Part shown: in pieces, positions 11,854 to 26,534 of the stretch
Position numbering within the stretch: the stretch's first letter is position 1
Layout of the letters: the number at the start of each line of letters is the position of its first letter
Assembly: GCF_964194025.1 (NCBI RefSeq)
Contig: NC_134478.1
Coordinates: 6,076,001 to 6,140,000 of the forward strand
Length of the DNA stretch: 64,000 nucleotides
Direction of reading: 5' to 3'
DNA from: Convolutriloba macropyga
Taxonomy: Eukaryota
The notes under the pieces: model-generated
Databases searched by the model: none
What the model was told of the DNA's origin: nothing
The model's input: only the letters and a program-made list of their open reading frames with translations
Program-made: the position numbers and the translations under genes

Positions 11854-13395
11854 TCTATCCTGACCTTTCCCGTCAAGTACAGATCTCGTACAGATTTAGT
11901 TAAATGTTGCCTGAACAGCTTCAGGTGAAATAAACTGAGCGAACCAAGGTCCTAGGGCGATGCCTTGAAATAAAAAGAAGTTACTTTGTTATACCTGAAA
12001 TTAGGTTCGCGTAACTTTAAATTAATGCACTGTTTTTTCATATTTTTTAGGGCAATCCCTGGCAACATTGACAACTTTTAAGATCCGTGATAGAAAAAAA
12101 ATAAATCGAATTTTGAAAAATGTAAAATAAATTTGTGTCATATCATTTTTCTCAATTATTATGGTGGAAAATTAAATAAAAATCAAGTTGATGTTGATGC
12201 TCAAAATTAATTCTGACAAAGTTTTTTTGAGCTCTCTCAAATAATGAGTTTTTTCCAGATTTTGGTTAAAGATTAATTTAAGGAGTGGGAGCTCTCGTTG
12301 AATAACCTATCGGCTCACCTAGGCTCCTCTGCTTACCTATGTTTTCATTTGCTTAAAATCCATCTAATCTTAACAACCATCTACTACGACTCAACTTTCA
12401 TTGAGAAAAGTCTCCTAAATCGAAAGTCCTCATTGTTGTAATAACAATCTAGGAATTCACTAACGATTTGTAACCAGTATGTTTATTAACATTTAATCAG
12501 AGTTTTACTCAAACCAGACACCTACACGGTCTCCAAACGTTTAAAATTTGGCTATTTAGCGATAACTATCCTTCAAAATTTGATTATTTTCTGGACTTTT
12601 AAGGAAAATAGTAACGATCCCACTCAAAATGGAATGTAAATTAATGACTCATCTTTAGCTCAGGTAAGTAGGTAATTAGTCTAATTTCATTTATCTACAC
12701 AGGCGGTTCTTAAAGTAAATTATAAACTTTAGAGAGCATTTTGTAGAGACAGATTTTGAGTTAGAATGTCGAGTGGTTTTGGGGTTGGTCCATCTGGTGG
12801 TAAGAATGGCTACGGACAACCAATTGATCAGTTCAGAGATGAAGAATTTTCTGGATTCAGACCCACAAAGAGACAAAGCAGAGGGGCTTCCATCGCACAA
12901 AGGTATATACATCCGTTACATTTATATATTAAAGTTAACGCGTTTAGCCCATGTGTTCAACCGAACACACCGAATTATAGCAAAAGTAATGACAAGTACC
13001 CCGAGCAGTCACCATGTTTAAGGGTGATCATAGAAATTTCAAACACAAAAAACTTTAAAAATCATTGAAATAATTAACAGATTAATGAACATATTTAAAG
13101 TCAGTCTTTACACCGAGAGCCTCCATGGGCTAAAATGGAAATGTCTGTTCTCAGATTTCTTAGCAAGTATGGTATTGTCTTGATAGTATAGAGCTGAGAA
13201 TTACATAAAGCAGCTTTCACATCAAGGGCTGCTTCTTCCCAAAGAAGATTTCCATGTTTTTTCTATGAAATTGCAAACTTTGCAAAATATGCTCTTTCTA
13301 AAAAAATAATGGGTATTCAAGCAAAACTTGGTAGAGCTTAAAAAAAGCCATCTAAAAATTTCTTATTTATAGTTATTCCTTGTTGAAAAATTGTT

Positions 13396-16250
13396 GTTCC
13401 GACCCTCTTGAGGGGGGAGGAACTATATACTCAAATGGGTTTTTTTTTTTTTTTTGTTCAGTGAATTTTCGCCGATCGATACATTCATCGTAGAGAGTTG
13501 AGAGTGGTATCATTAGAAAGCTCGTCCAGCGTAGAATATGGAATTAAAAAGATTTTTTTAATTTTCGTTTTCTACAGGGAGTTATCGAGGTTTAAAGTTT
13601 TGTGAAAATAGTGTGAATTCCGTTGATTTTTATTCACATTTTACGGAATTTTCGCTAATTTTTGACCAAAATTTCGCCAATTTTGCTAAAATTTGTCAAC
13701 ATTTTTTAAAAACTTGTTGTTGATTTTATTTTTAAATATAAAAAATCTTCTCGGCTTTTCTTATTTTGAATTTCTTCTGAGAACTTCAGAGAAGTAGAGT
13801 GAATTCCCGTTGTTTTTATTCACATTTTCCGGAATTTTTGCCTAAATTTTCGTCAATTTTGCTAAAATTTGTTATAATTTTTAAGAATAGTGTCGTTGAT
13901 TTTATTTTTGAAGACGAACAAGCATTGTTCATTGTTTTGATTTAATTTTTTTGGTCAAAAAATGTGGATAAATATTTCAAAATTTAGCCTTTTTCAACAA
14001 AAACAGCACGAAATAAGCTACTTTAGTCCGTTTTGATTAAGTTTGCCGACAGTACACCTCCAAACAACACTCATACAATCTTTGTAGACTCAGAGGGGGG
14101 CTATTTCTACTTCAGAGTACGCTGAGAGTGCTCTGTAGTTAAAACTTTGCCTTTTTTTGCTAACTTTACTCGTTGATTATCAAAAATGCAGAACTTATTT
14201 TGAGTTTTCAACTAACAAATTATCTATATCTGCAACATTCGAAAATCAAATGTTCCTAACGGACAATAAGCAATAGCAGGGTTTGTTTTGGGCCATTCTT
14301 GGACTGCTACCACCCAAAGAAATCGGGTTGTAATCAGTCGGTCTTTTTTTTTTTAAAAAAAGGACCCTTTCTTTAAAAATAAAAAACAGAACATATCGAA
14401 TCAATGCTCAGGAGTGATAGGTCCAACCAGTTTGCTTACTAAAAAGCTCCAAGCTAATCCATTTAAATTTTAACTTGAAAGTTTATGGTCGTTTCTTTTA
14501 AAAATAATTGACTTTTCAATAAATAATGGCTTAATTAAGTTTTCCTCTATTTTTTTCTTAATTTGTTCAACTTCCAGCTTAGTCTCTGCAAAAAAAGAAT
14601 GCTTCTTCTTTCTACTGATTTAACATTTCTTCTCGGTTGCAGTTTTAAGCCTGAAGTTATTGTTTTCTGGCTTTGATACTACAAGATTTCAGATTTTTGT
14701 TTGTTTCGATATTTGCCAGTTTTTCACGTTTCCGAATTTTGTCACATTATCACATTATTGACAGTTCTCTTGTCACATTATTAGCGTTAAAAATAAAGCA
14801 CAATTGAACATATTGAAATCCTGTATGATATACATAATCGTTTTAACGGCCTCGACGCCTCTTTCTTGAAGAAATCAATTGAATTTTTTAATTTTGTTTT
14901 TAACTGTCATTTATACTTTGTCGTTTCGGTCGTATGAAATTTCCTGCATAGTGATAACTTTCATTGGCTTTTCGTGGAAGAATAGAAGAACCGATATTCT
15001 GATATTAGTAAATAGCTGATGGCTTTCATGACTTTGAAAACAATCGTTTTCCAAAATTAAAAAAAAAAAACTTTTTAACTTCGCAATTTTGTTCTTTTTA
15101 TGTTTCTTTTTGTTAGCTAATCTCGTTATTTCATTACAGGTCAAATATGACATTATGGGTGTCAAGGGAATAAAAGGGATTGGTGTCCCAAAATCTTTTT
15201 TTTTAATGAATTTGTTATGACCTTAGTGGCTTCGACACCGGTTTTTCACAAAAATGTAAATTAATTTGATTTTTGTCTTATTTGACGTTCTTTTTGTAGA
15301 TGCGAGAAATATTCTGGGTAACTGCAGGTCTCGAGGGCTTCCTTTTTTTGAATAAACGACCCTATTCAAATAGTTCTGTTTGTAATTAATGCCTTTTATG
15401 ACATTGAATGTAATTTTTATTCGAAAAAAAAATTGAAATTATTTCATACTTTAGCACTTCGCTTTTTTGTCTACTTGTTACCTAGTCTTACTAATGAATG
15501 GCCACGTACTACTTTATAGCTGTTTGATGAAGGCGCAATCGAATATATTTTGAGGGACAAAATATGGCTCGAGGGTTTTGGCAGCGTTTTCTGGCAAGTT
15601 TCAATTGAAATTTTGTTTGTTTTTTTTGTTGTTCATTTTAGCCGCTTTAAAAAATGAATAAGGACAGGTCCTAATGCCCTTCTCTAGAAACAGTGGTAAT
15701 TGTAAATTTGTGGTAATGTTAATTGATTCCTAATGGTATTTATTACTTTGAAGTTAACTGTTTCAAAAAAATAAGTTATATTTTTCACTTTAATGTTTTT
15801 GTTCTTTTTTGTATAATTGTTACCAAACCTTTTTATGGACTGGTCGCATATGATTTCTGGTGATTTATTAGTTATTTTTGTTTAGTTTTAGGTTTATCTG
15901 ACGGTATGTTGACTTTGTTATTAAATTTAGTTTTTAAGAGGGAAAAAAATTTTTTGATGTAAATAATGTTTGTTGCTGTTGTTGTTGTTTGTTTTTGACG
16001 TTCATCTTGACTCGCTTTCTTAATATTGACATATTACATCAAGCTAATGCATCAATTTTTAACTCCACTGAGTTATTTGCTTTGGAGGCTATCTTATCGT
16101 TCATACAGAATTTTTTGAAAAAGACTTTTCGCAAAAAATAATTTTTGGGTTTTTCTATCTGTTCCTCATTTGCTAGACAATTATGCCAAAATTGTGGATG
16201 GGCGGGGTCGGAACTTTATGTGCCATCGCACATTACCGAGCCGCCTTGTT
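13396..16250 (+). mobile_element. Helentron/Helitron2-like non-autonomous element, copy 2
   Basis: It has the same termini as copy 1 (GTTCCGACCCTCTTGAGGG...; GGGGTCGGAAC-tttATGTGCcatcGCACAT-taccgagccgccttgttt) and is closely similar to copy 3 throughout. It has an internal ~180-bp duplication near 13610/13800. Cargo fragment ORF 14911-15165 (-). Confidence 0.82.
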
Positions 16251-17966
16251 TTTATTTAAAATAAAAAGCTGCCTTATTCAATTGAAAGTGCAGGAAAGAC
16301 ACAAATTCGACAGAAAATCTCGCCATATTCTTATAGCATTCAATCAACAGCAGACTCATTTCTGTATCATTTTAAACCAAACATTCATCAAGACTTTCTC
16401 ATTCGCTCTGAATTTTGCCCCAATGCAGCCAAGCAGCATTTACATAGCACATTTTACTGCCCTGAGAAGAACTAATAAAAAACGCTGCGGTTAATGGGCA
16501 ATTTAGCAAGAGCAGCTTGAATAGTAGCTGCGCCGAACAGACAATATACTTGAATATTTCGTTTTCAAAAGCGCGGCTTAAGTAAAGAACTTGCTCAAAA
16601 ATATAATCTAAAGAGATTCAAAAACTTGAAAACCATGCGGATCTTATGAAAAATTGTCCTTCTTTTGGTACCTAGTAGAGAATCGCCCTTCTAGGCAAAA
16701 TTTTTACCGCATTATTTCTCGGCCTACAATTTAGATAGCCTGATATCAGTTTAAGCGCAATTGCGGACGGCTATTCCCGGTCATGCCTCTCATGCGCTGT
16801 GTAATGTAATGCAGAACCAGCGGGTCGGTAATTGCACCCACCGACCCACCAATCTGAAATTCTTTTCGTTTTGTATTACAGTTCGACTAATTAACATAGC
16901 ACGAGGTATTTTTTTCTATTCATTTTAACATATGCGCATTCGTGGAAAATTATTGGTCGTCTCTGACTGGATAGTAACTTGCTCGCTTAATTCCTATTCA
17001 AAAATTGCTCCTATTTGCAAAAGGGAAGCAATTGTTGAACTGATCCCAACTTGCAATCGCTATTGCAATCTAGATAAGTTCACGAATGAAAAGACCAATA
17101 ATTTTTTTCGGAGAGATTATGATTACAATAAATTACTCAATCAGTGTCTGAGCAAAGTAAGTTTAGCACTTCGCGAAACCAATCCCTTATTCCTCGGTTC
17201 CTTTGCTTCAAGATTCAAAGGGAACACGGATAAAAAGATAAACTGCCACAAAAACTATAGAAAAGCTTTTGTTTGTTAAGCCTTAAAGATCAAAAGAATG
17301 GAAACCTTTTAATAGCAAAACAAGGATCGATTCAATAAATTCCTTCAATCATAAAAAGTGAGTAAATTTTTTATGGATGTTGCAGATTCTTATAAAATAC
17401 CGATCACGTGATTATTTCATTATAGCAAATAGCATTTAGGATAAGAATTTTTAGAAAAAGTTACAAATACATACACCATATCACTGTTCGATCAATCTTT
17501 TGTTCCGCGAAGTCCCCTCTCTTGTGTGACGTAGATCAAAAATTTTTAGCAGGTCATTTTTTTGCTCTTTTTGTTCTTATATGCTCAATTTGCCCAGCAA
17601 TTCAAATTTGTTTTGAACTAATTGTTTTTTGGAGTGATTGACAATACTGCTGATCGAAAATGCTAACGCAGCCGATAATTATAAGAAAATAATGTTTCAT
17701 AATAATTAACAAGGTAAAATTATGATGAACCCAGATTAAAACTTAAACTGGCCTGTCGTAATTCTGCCATGAACAGAGAAAGGTCACCAAAAAAATTTTG
17801 GCATTCACACTTGATCAGTACTGAAATACACTCTGGGTTTACTTCACTTACCAAAACCTCAAATTCCAGCAAAATTTCTTTTTTCCTATGTTTTTTTACC
17901 TCATCAGGGCGTTTTGTCTCATTATAATGTTTCAGGATTAGTTACTTTGCGGCAGATGACAACCGA

Positions 17967-20900
17967 ATGCCAAAACTGTTCCGAATTCTGTGTTGTTTCA
18001 TTGTGCTTCTAATTGTGCTTGTCATTCTGGGCTTCCTCCTTGCGAAGTTTGTCGTTTTCACCAAAAGTAAGCAGGACTCTTCAAAAAATATTGATGCCGT
18101 AATAATAACAACAACCATAAAGTCTACTGCCGCTGAAAACGATCAAATGAGACACATAACGTTACCCCAATTCGAAAGTAAACATCGAATGATATCACAA
18201 CCCAAAATTCTAAAATGGTCTGACAAAAATATGAAAATTGATATCGTGTCATTACCTCCATTGACGACTTCACCAGAAAATAAACGAGATTTGAATTTTG
18301 TCCAAACAACAGCAACCAATTTTGACGGTCCAGATCGAGGCAACAGATTTGTTCCAGTGAAAATAGAACCAACTACAAGTACCGTTGGATCCAGAGTCAT
18401 TTCAACAGTTGTGCCAGATTACACCAATGATGGAGAAGAGAGATCAACATTGGGCAAAGATGAGATTGCACTTTTTCAGTCGTCAACAGGCAAAATCATT
18501 CCAAATGATACAACGAGAAGTACTTTCTGAAAATCTCTAATTAAAATTTTAAAATAAATCAAAACGGAAAAAACTATGCATATAGCATTTGCTGCTATCT
18601 TTCTCTTATCTTCAGGACAGTCAGATTATCAAACAGATAACCCCATGGATAATTATACATTAAAAATTGTTTTTCAGACTTTGAAAATTGTTTTCGGGTT
18701 TTGAAAATTTTGTTCAGACTTCGAAGATCTGTCAGACTTTTAAAATTGTTTTTCAGTCATTGAAAATTGTTTTTTTAAAACTTTGGTCAACTCCTTTGAT
18801 CTATGAGAGAGCTGAGACCACAAGAGGGCTGAAAATTCTAAAACATGGTCTGATAACAAATGATTCACTGCTCTTGCGATTATGTCGAGGGGACAAAAAA
18901 GCAGCATTGTGAAACAGAAATCCTTCCATTTGTGCTCAATTAGCATTTTCTTAGTCGCTCTGCAGTGCAATACACATCACAAAATGTTGGCAATGTAAAA
19001 CAGATACTTCATTTTTAAATATATTAATAAGATTAAAAAACAGATATCCTGCTAACATTTTCCAAGCTTTGAAAAAAATTCATTCGAAATTTTTCAGGCT
19101 ATTTATTTTTGCTAAACCACAAGAAACTCGTAACTCATTATGGTAGTCAAAATGACATTTGGTCTCAGCTGAGCAAATTAGGGATTTTTTTCCCGATCGT
19201 TTCCCCATTCTGTTGTCGACACCAGTTTTGGAACAGTGCCATTAACTAATCATATTCTGCTAAAAAATCACCTACGCTTGAGTGCAGAAAATGCTTCAAC
19301 TAAGCGGGGGAGTCAGACGTGAAACAGAATCCAATATTACTGTTAGAGTCTTTCACTTTTTATTTGATGGCTTAGATTGAAGAACTTTCTTTTTTTTCGT
19401 TTTCAAACAAAATATTAATTGTTTACATCTTAAAGCGGGCAGACAGCATTAGATAAAATGAATTAGCTCGATAATATTGCATGTATTTTCTTATAACACT
19501 TGTTTCCGTAGCTTCAGAATTTTAATGCTGCACATTTTGTTTTTTGGAATATATTGTGTAAATACATGCAATCCAATAAATTTCTCTACTTCAAAAACTG
19601 TTATTGCTGTTTTGCTGAAGAGGTGATTGCTAATTATCTGAACTTAATTGATGCACATCAGGCGGACTGGCTCTTAATATAGTTTGACAATATTTAGAAG
19701 CTAAGCATAGTTTTTCAAATATTTTATTCTATCAACCTTTAGATGTCAGATTTAGTAGTACGCTTGGAGTTCGTTGTTTACTGAATTATTATTAAGAATC
19801 TGATTTGTTCTATGAAAATTACGCTTTTTTGCTCAAATGCAGAAATATATTTAAAATTGCATTCTTCAATACAACGAATTTTAAATTATGAAACTGAAAA
19901 AAGTTTCTTTGAATAAAAATACAATTAGCAGACCCTAGTATAAGGTTTGGTTCTGTCAATCATTTCGTCTTAAAATCTGATTAAAAGAAACCATATGATT
20001 TTTTTTTCATTCAATTTAAATGAAGCACCACTTTCTTTTTTAAAAGGTAGCAATCGTTTTATCATGATATTTTAATAACATATATTTTCGCAATAACCTA
20101 CTTTGCATTTAATTTATGCAGTCAAAGTCGTTTTGTTTTGCAATTTGAATATATTGAATATTTTGGACAGAAAAATCCCGAAATCCAGTTTTTTTCTGAA
20201 ACTAGGTTTTTGACTGATTTCAAATCTGAGCAAAGATGATGATCTCTGTTATATTCACAGGATCATTCTTTTGTTCAGTGTCTTGAAGTAACCGTGGACC
20301 CAGTTCTGTTTCCATAGATTGTTTGCCTTGCTCTCTAGCCTATTTAGCAAAAACGCGTATGCTGTGTAGCAAAACAGTTCTTGAGAGTGTTAGCAAGGAC
20401 TACAGCTGACCTTTTTTGTTGCAAAATTTTTTTGTTGACAAAATTACTGTTTTTGTGAATTTGTCTGAACTATGCTTTTGAAAATTGGGTTGCAGCTACA
20501 AAGAAATTTAGGGGGAAAGTTGATGCGTTTTTAGATCTTAGAACATTTCCTGTTAACTTTCTTGGGTTTTTGACGATGACGATTCGTGGTTTTTTTTTCG
20601 ATAGTCCGTAGCTGATATTTTAAGTCATTTTTTGATGAGTAGTGGTATGTTGTTTGATATAAGGTTTAATTGGATTTTGTATTTTATCAATTGCCTCCGA
20701 CATTCCCTATTGCAACAACATGGCTAACAGTAAAGAAAAATCGATACAACCGTCTTTTATTTGCAAGCTGAGAAGTCGAGAATGAGTTCTCTTACGAAAC
20801 TCCAAAATTTTACGCCTTTTTCATGATTTGGCACATGTCATGTTTACTGAGCAGAATTAATGCTTAAACAGCGAAAATTACGCTGTGTAGTCTGTCCCAT

Positions 20901-23900
20901 AAAGTTGAAATAAGCGAACTTTTGAAAAACGCCAAAAACGTGCAATTGAGCATCAATGTGCTCATTTGATTGTCAACGTTTTCTCCATTAAGTTGTCATT
21001 CATCAATTTTTTCTACATGTTTCAAATTTGAACTTTGACCTTTGAACTCTAATATGTGGCTTTTGAAACCTTCGTTTATTTCAACTTTATGGGACACGCT
21101 ATACATAGCTTCTTTGTACCATGTTTTAATTATAGAAGCAAATTGTAAAGGTATTTTTGTTCCAAGAAAATGGAAGGTTTTGGCAACTATCACCCAACTT
21201 TCACTCTATTTCACTAAGCTCACTTTTGCTCAGTCTTTGTTGCGATGACATATTAGATCAAATACAACTTAAAATGATAATTAATCACCTTTTTGAGAAC
21301 CATTTTCAAATCTTCGTTGAGGTGTCTCTGCCGCTATTAAAAAATATTGTGAATTACAGAAGTGGGAGCAAAAATACAAAGTTAAGCCTTCAATGTTTTT
21401 TGACAAACGTGCGTCAATTGGTTGGTCAACACTACCACAAAGAAAGGGGATGACTCAATACATATCCTTATATAGGGAGGTTTCTCTAAGCTCAAATTCT
21501 CATTTTTCTTATTTTTCAAATTTTGATAAACTGTTTTCATTTGACATTATCTATCCTTTTTGTGCAATTCAGGTGACATTATACAAACAGAAACAATGCC
21601 CCAACCATTGCCGCAAAATGACGTCACTGTCCCAACAATTTCGAAAATTGTCGATTCAATAGTCTCTTCTGAAAAACTTCGACATCTGCCTGCCGTTAAC
21701 TCAAACATTTATCCAACTGCAACTTCGGAATTCGCAAATTTAAACTTGGTACCTTCTACGACAGACCATTTTACTTTAAAAAAGAATAACGTGAACAGCA
21801 TTGAAAACCAACTTGCAAAAGACGTTTCTGTTTTCACTGAGTTATCACACACAATTTCAGTAGGAAATATGACAGAGAAAAATAGCAGTATAGACCCTAA
21901 AAAGATTGACGTTATTGAAACTATAGAATACAGTTCTTCAGAGAAAGAAGACAAAATCTGCGAAACGAGTTGGACTTCATGGTCTGATTGTGTTGCCGAC
22001 AATCTTTGCGGCTCGGGTCACCGAAACCGCAGCCGAATTGATCCGAAGTGCGAACAAATTATCACTTCAGAAGGTTGTTCTGCTGAGCCGTGTTTGAAAA
22101 TTTCTGATGTTAAAGCGGGGTCGCCGATGAGTTTTTGCACGAAGACTTGCGGCGGCGGTTCGATGCTGAGACGGGCCGCGTGTTTGCAAATGGATTTAGA
22201 AGCTGCTTTGACAAACCAAAAAAAGCGATCACTGCAGGCAAAAGTCGGTGCAACGAAATACTTGGAAGTCGATAAGAAGGTATGTCTGATAAATGGAATT
22301 GCGTCAGATGAGGACTTCCAAACAAGTCAGGAATCCTGCTGCGAACATCGCTGCGACAACACAAAAGGTTTGGAATTTCTAATTGACAACTTTATTTGTA
22401 TAATACTGTGTTTCCTGATTTATTTGTTTATACTTTGTTGGTGAAATCATTTTAAGAAGAAGCTGATGATAGACCAAGTCCAAATCCAGAAAATCAATCG
22501 AAAGCGATGCAAGAAATCGTCGGTTTGTTTGGTCTGGGACGTAAGGAAACTTCGGCATGTTTGATTTCTTAGATTCAGTTTTTTTGGTAACGAAACGTAA
22601 AAAAATGCTCGGTGTGATCCGTTTTAAATGTGTTCCGAAATCGTCGGAATGTTCAGTTTCTTTGATTCGGTTCGAATTTTCCAAATTTAGATTTTTTTGT
22701 TTATAATGTAGTCAAATGTTAAGATAGCTTTATAATCGCAGGAGTTTCAAACGTACCTCTTTAAAAATTACTTCAAAAAAGGGCAAATTGATTGACTTTA
22801 TTCTTCAGCTCATTTATAAAATTAGGTGACAAATATGGAGTTCTTGTTTGCTTTGGAAGTTAAAAATTTAAGGCACTTGTTAAATGTTGACGTATACATC
22901 AAATCAAGCTCAATGAGCTTCGATATTATCATGAGAAATCGAATAAGTAAGTGATCGCACCTAAAAAGCAAACACAATTTTCTTTTGTTTTAAAAGCGAG
23001 CAAAACCCACAAACACTCTAGTTAATAAAACATAGCGACGATAGCCAGAAAAAACCTAAAGCGCCTTCATCGATTTTGCCTAACTAACAAAGACACTAAC
23101 GATTTTCTCACTCTTAAAAGCGATGGTTTCTGTGCTAGGGAGGTCCCAGCCAAAGGCCGCGATGGCCTCAGAACAGATTATCAGTGCACTTTTTGAGACG
23201 GGTGAGGGGTTGGGTGTCACAATTTGCATTCACTCTGAAATTCAGCTGTCCAGAACATTCAGAATGTTTTTGACTGTGCACGATAAACGAGCAATTGGAA
23301 TTTGGACTGTCCGGAGTGTTTTCAGAGAGCCGGTTTTTTAGTATGATTCTTTGTCTGAACAGTGTAAAAAGTGACATGATCATAATCTGTTCATAGTAAA
23401 AAAAAACAGACTGAGAAATACTATGATTCAGCACTGATTTTTGATATTACTATGGTCCTGGTGTTACATGTTTTCACGTTCACATGTTTTCAATTTCACA
23501 TTTGATATGATATCGCTTAGAATCCATAAAAATTGTATCAACTTTCGAGTCAAGATTTTGTTTCGTTCTATCAAGTCTTAAGAGGCGTCATAGACACGTT
23601 TTTACTGATATTGAAGCAAATGTTGACGAACATCCAATAACAAGTGCTGACGGGTCTTTTTTCAAATATTTGAAACGAACAATTGCTGAACTTTCGCTAG
23701 AATGACGTTTAGTATACGTAAATATGCAGACACTGTTAATTTTTAAATTTCATAAAATGTGAATTCAAATAACACGTGCGCTGAAATTTTGTACAAAATG
23801 CCCATTGACACGTGCAGAATTTTATATTAAAGGGCTCATTAAGCAATTGCAACTAAACTATAGACACATATAAAAATCCCGAGCATTCAAGGCCAATGAT

Positions 23901-25684
23901 ATCGGTTGATTTCGTTTTTTTTTGGAGATTAAAATGTATCGTGCTATACCATGCTAAGATGACGTCCATAGCCATGTTTAATGCAACCTCATATTTTTTG
24001 AAAGGATTTTTTCAAAGTCAATTTGCGCTAAATTTTAAGGCACTTTGAACTTGTTTCCAGCACTCATTTACAAATTGCTCAATTGCAAATCTAAAAATTT
24101 TAATTTAGGACTAATTAATCATGATTATCGACATTTGCGCATAAAAGATAAACAGATGCCTGGAATTCTGGTCCCAAGACTTGGTCATTGTCCTCTGTCC
24201 ACTCAAAAAGAACTTTATACTAGAAAAGTATTGATTAACATTAAAACTCATTATGATTTTTTCCTGGTCACCTTAAAATCATGAGAATTAATCAAATTGA
24301 AAATCCAGAAAAAAATCACTTTTATTTTAACCACCGCAAGCACAAAATGAATTCTGATTTTACAATTTTCCGTGACCAATCTAAGGTTTTTGATCAGGCA
24401 ATCATTGCTCTGGAAAAGTTTTTGCGGTAGTTTTACAGTAAAAGACGCTTTTTTTTAAATTTGAATTTCGCTCAAAGAGCTAATTTTACTAAGCCCAAGT
24501 GCGTTCGGATTTGTCTCAGGTCAGATTACCATGGATTTTATAGGTCTGGCAGATAGAGCATTCGAAAAATTGAACTGGGTATCTTCTGCTAGCGAGGGAT
24601 GGGCCAGAAGTCGGTTCCGTCTAGAATCTGAACTTAGGATTTTTTACCTGTGCAGAATTTTTGAATAAATTTACTCACTTATTTTACTAGTTTTCGCTTT
24701 TAATATCTCAATGCATTATAAAATCAATCCATACATACAAACCGCGTGGACAAATCTGCAGTGCCCAATGAAGAAATCTCGCATAACTTTTCCATTTTGG
24801 TTTGTATATGAATATCTAAAAATTGTCTTTCAAAATTTTGGGAAAATATGAGATGAGAGAAAATTCCCGAACTGTCCAGTTTTCAAAAAATATGTGTCAA
24901 TCTACATGGAGTGAGAAATTTCTCGAGAAATTGGAACAACTTGCCACTAGAAATCCGAAAAGAAAAAAACAAAACAAGTTTAAGGCGAAAATAACTACAG
25001 AAATGATGAAATTACATGAACGTGTTCCAATAGATAGACAAGTACAAGTATTTAGAAATGTTTTACTAGTATTTTAAGGACCAAACTTTTCATATGCTTT
25101 TAAAGTGATTGTTAAATGTAAGCGTTTAGCCGAACTTTTGTTATGGTTGTAAAATTTTGAATTTATATTTAACAGATTTAAAAAAATGTGGAAACTATTC
25201 TACACAGCGTGTTTTCTTACCAGAAATGAAATTGCAATATTTTCATTTGCATGTGTTAAGCAATATAGGATTTGCTTATGAATAGTTTATAAGCGTTTTT
25301 TTTCCAGGAAGCATATTTGGAGTTCTTTCAAATGGGGCACTGACTATGAAATACACTGGCGATGACTCAAAAAACGACCCCTACGACAAGCAACGGAGTC
25401 AGTTTTTCTGTGTGAACCATCTAGCCGTGATTGATGTCGGGTTACCAGAACTTGCTGACTACTTCTGCAACCAAGTTGGTTATAACTTGAGTTATAACAA
25501 ACGCAGTTTGAAGTTTGTTGCTGACAAACCAGTACCCAACGAATGCTCTTGTGTTGGAGGGTTCATAGACGTTCTAATCTACAAAAACCAGAAATCAGGA
25601 AACAAGACGCAGCAATTTGACATTGCTTGGACTACAGCGCTTAGGTTTGGTGCAGCTCATCAATTTGTAACTTTGCAATGTTGA
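17967..25684 (+). CDS. Type II membrane protein with S/T-rich stalk, thrombospondin type-1 repeats and a C-terminal Cys-rich (SRCR-like) domain; exons 17967-18519, 21573-22367, 25308-25684 (~574 aa; an upstream exon may exist)
   Basis: Signal anchor ILCCFIVLLIVLVILGFLLAKFVVF. TSP1 motifs WTSWSDC...CGSGHRNRSR and CTKTCGGGSMLRRAAC. Both introns are GT-AG and phase 1 and join the three ORFs in frame (...TTR-S-DII; NTK-G-SIFGV). An acceptor at 17935 with an open frame suggests a further 5' exon. Confidence 0.8.
18660..18780. repeat. ~21-bp minisatellite (AAAATTGTTTTTCAGACTTTG-like)
   Basis: About five degenerate tandem units in intron 1 of the TSP1 gene. Confidence 0.6.
24590..25190 (+). mobile_element. 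LINE 3' stub, same family as the 3' end at 38290-38690
   Basis: RNWNNLPLEIRK...HERVPIDRQVQVFRNV with frameshifts. It is clearly homologous to the reverse complement of 38300-38650. Confidence 0.7.
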
Positions 25685-26534
25685 GTAATTTGAAAGGATT
25701 AAATTTATTTGTCCTCAAGTCTCGATTTTGAGAAATTGTTATCTTGTTCAATTTGAAGAGCTTAGCATTGGTACAATTTTTAATCAAACTCAAGCAGTTA
25801 AATTTTGGAAATTTTGTCAATAAAAATGCAAAAAAGGCCGTTAAGGATACAAAAATGTTTTAAAAAATCTATCTCGTAGCAAAAGATGAGCAAAAAATTT
25901 AGTTGGTTAGTTCACATTATAATTAACTCACGGCGTAGATTATAATCGGTCAGGATCTGACTCGACTCTGCTTCGCACTCGTGCTCGTTTAAAGATTGTT
26001 TGTTGAGGTAAACCAGGTCAAACCCGTCCAGAGACAAAAATCATCTGTAATCACATTTTAGCTCGCTTTCAACAGAACAGAATTCCTACAATATGTTCAT
26101 ATAATCTGTTGGGTAATGTTGTCCCGTAATTTTTAATGCTTACATTCCTTTCCTATGAACGATTTATTGAGCAAACGTGAACCAATTAGAGAAAAAAGAA
26201 TTATACCAATGATTTGATGAATATTATAATTCCGTATCGGAACTAACAGACTGAAATTTCGTTAACGGATTTCGCATGCGTAGCAAAGGGTTTTATTGTG
26301 TTGAGAGAGCTGCTTTTGATTTTTATCAGTTAAAAATGGCATCTGATATAGAGCGCGGTTAATTCTGCTTAAAATGAGAAGGAAGCAACAAAAAAACACT
26401 TCAAAGGTGACATACGACATGAAAGAAATCAAAAGAAGGTACGCTAGCCCCACGTTTTTTGAACAGACAAGTTTCGAATTTTTGTTGACATTCCAGAAAA
26501 ATCCATTATCAATCGGCGTCTCATGTTTGAATAC

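Noticed and set aside
12691-13068. Possible exon (several overlapping short ORFs, donor caaag|gtatat near 12902)
   Set aside because: No recognisable domain and no partner exon in phase; the strand and frame are ambiguous.
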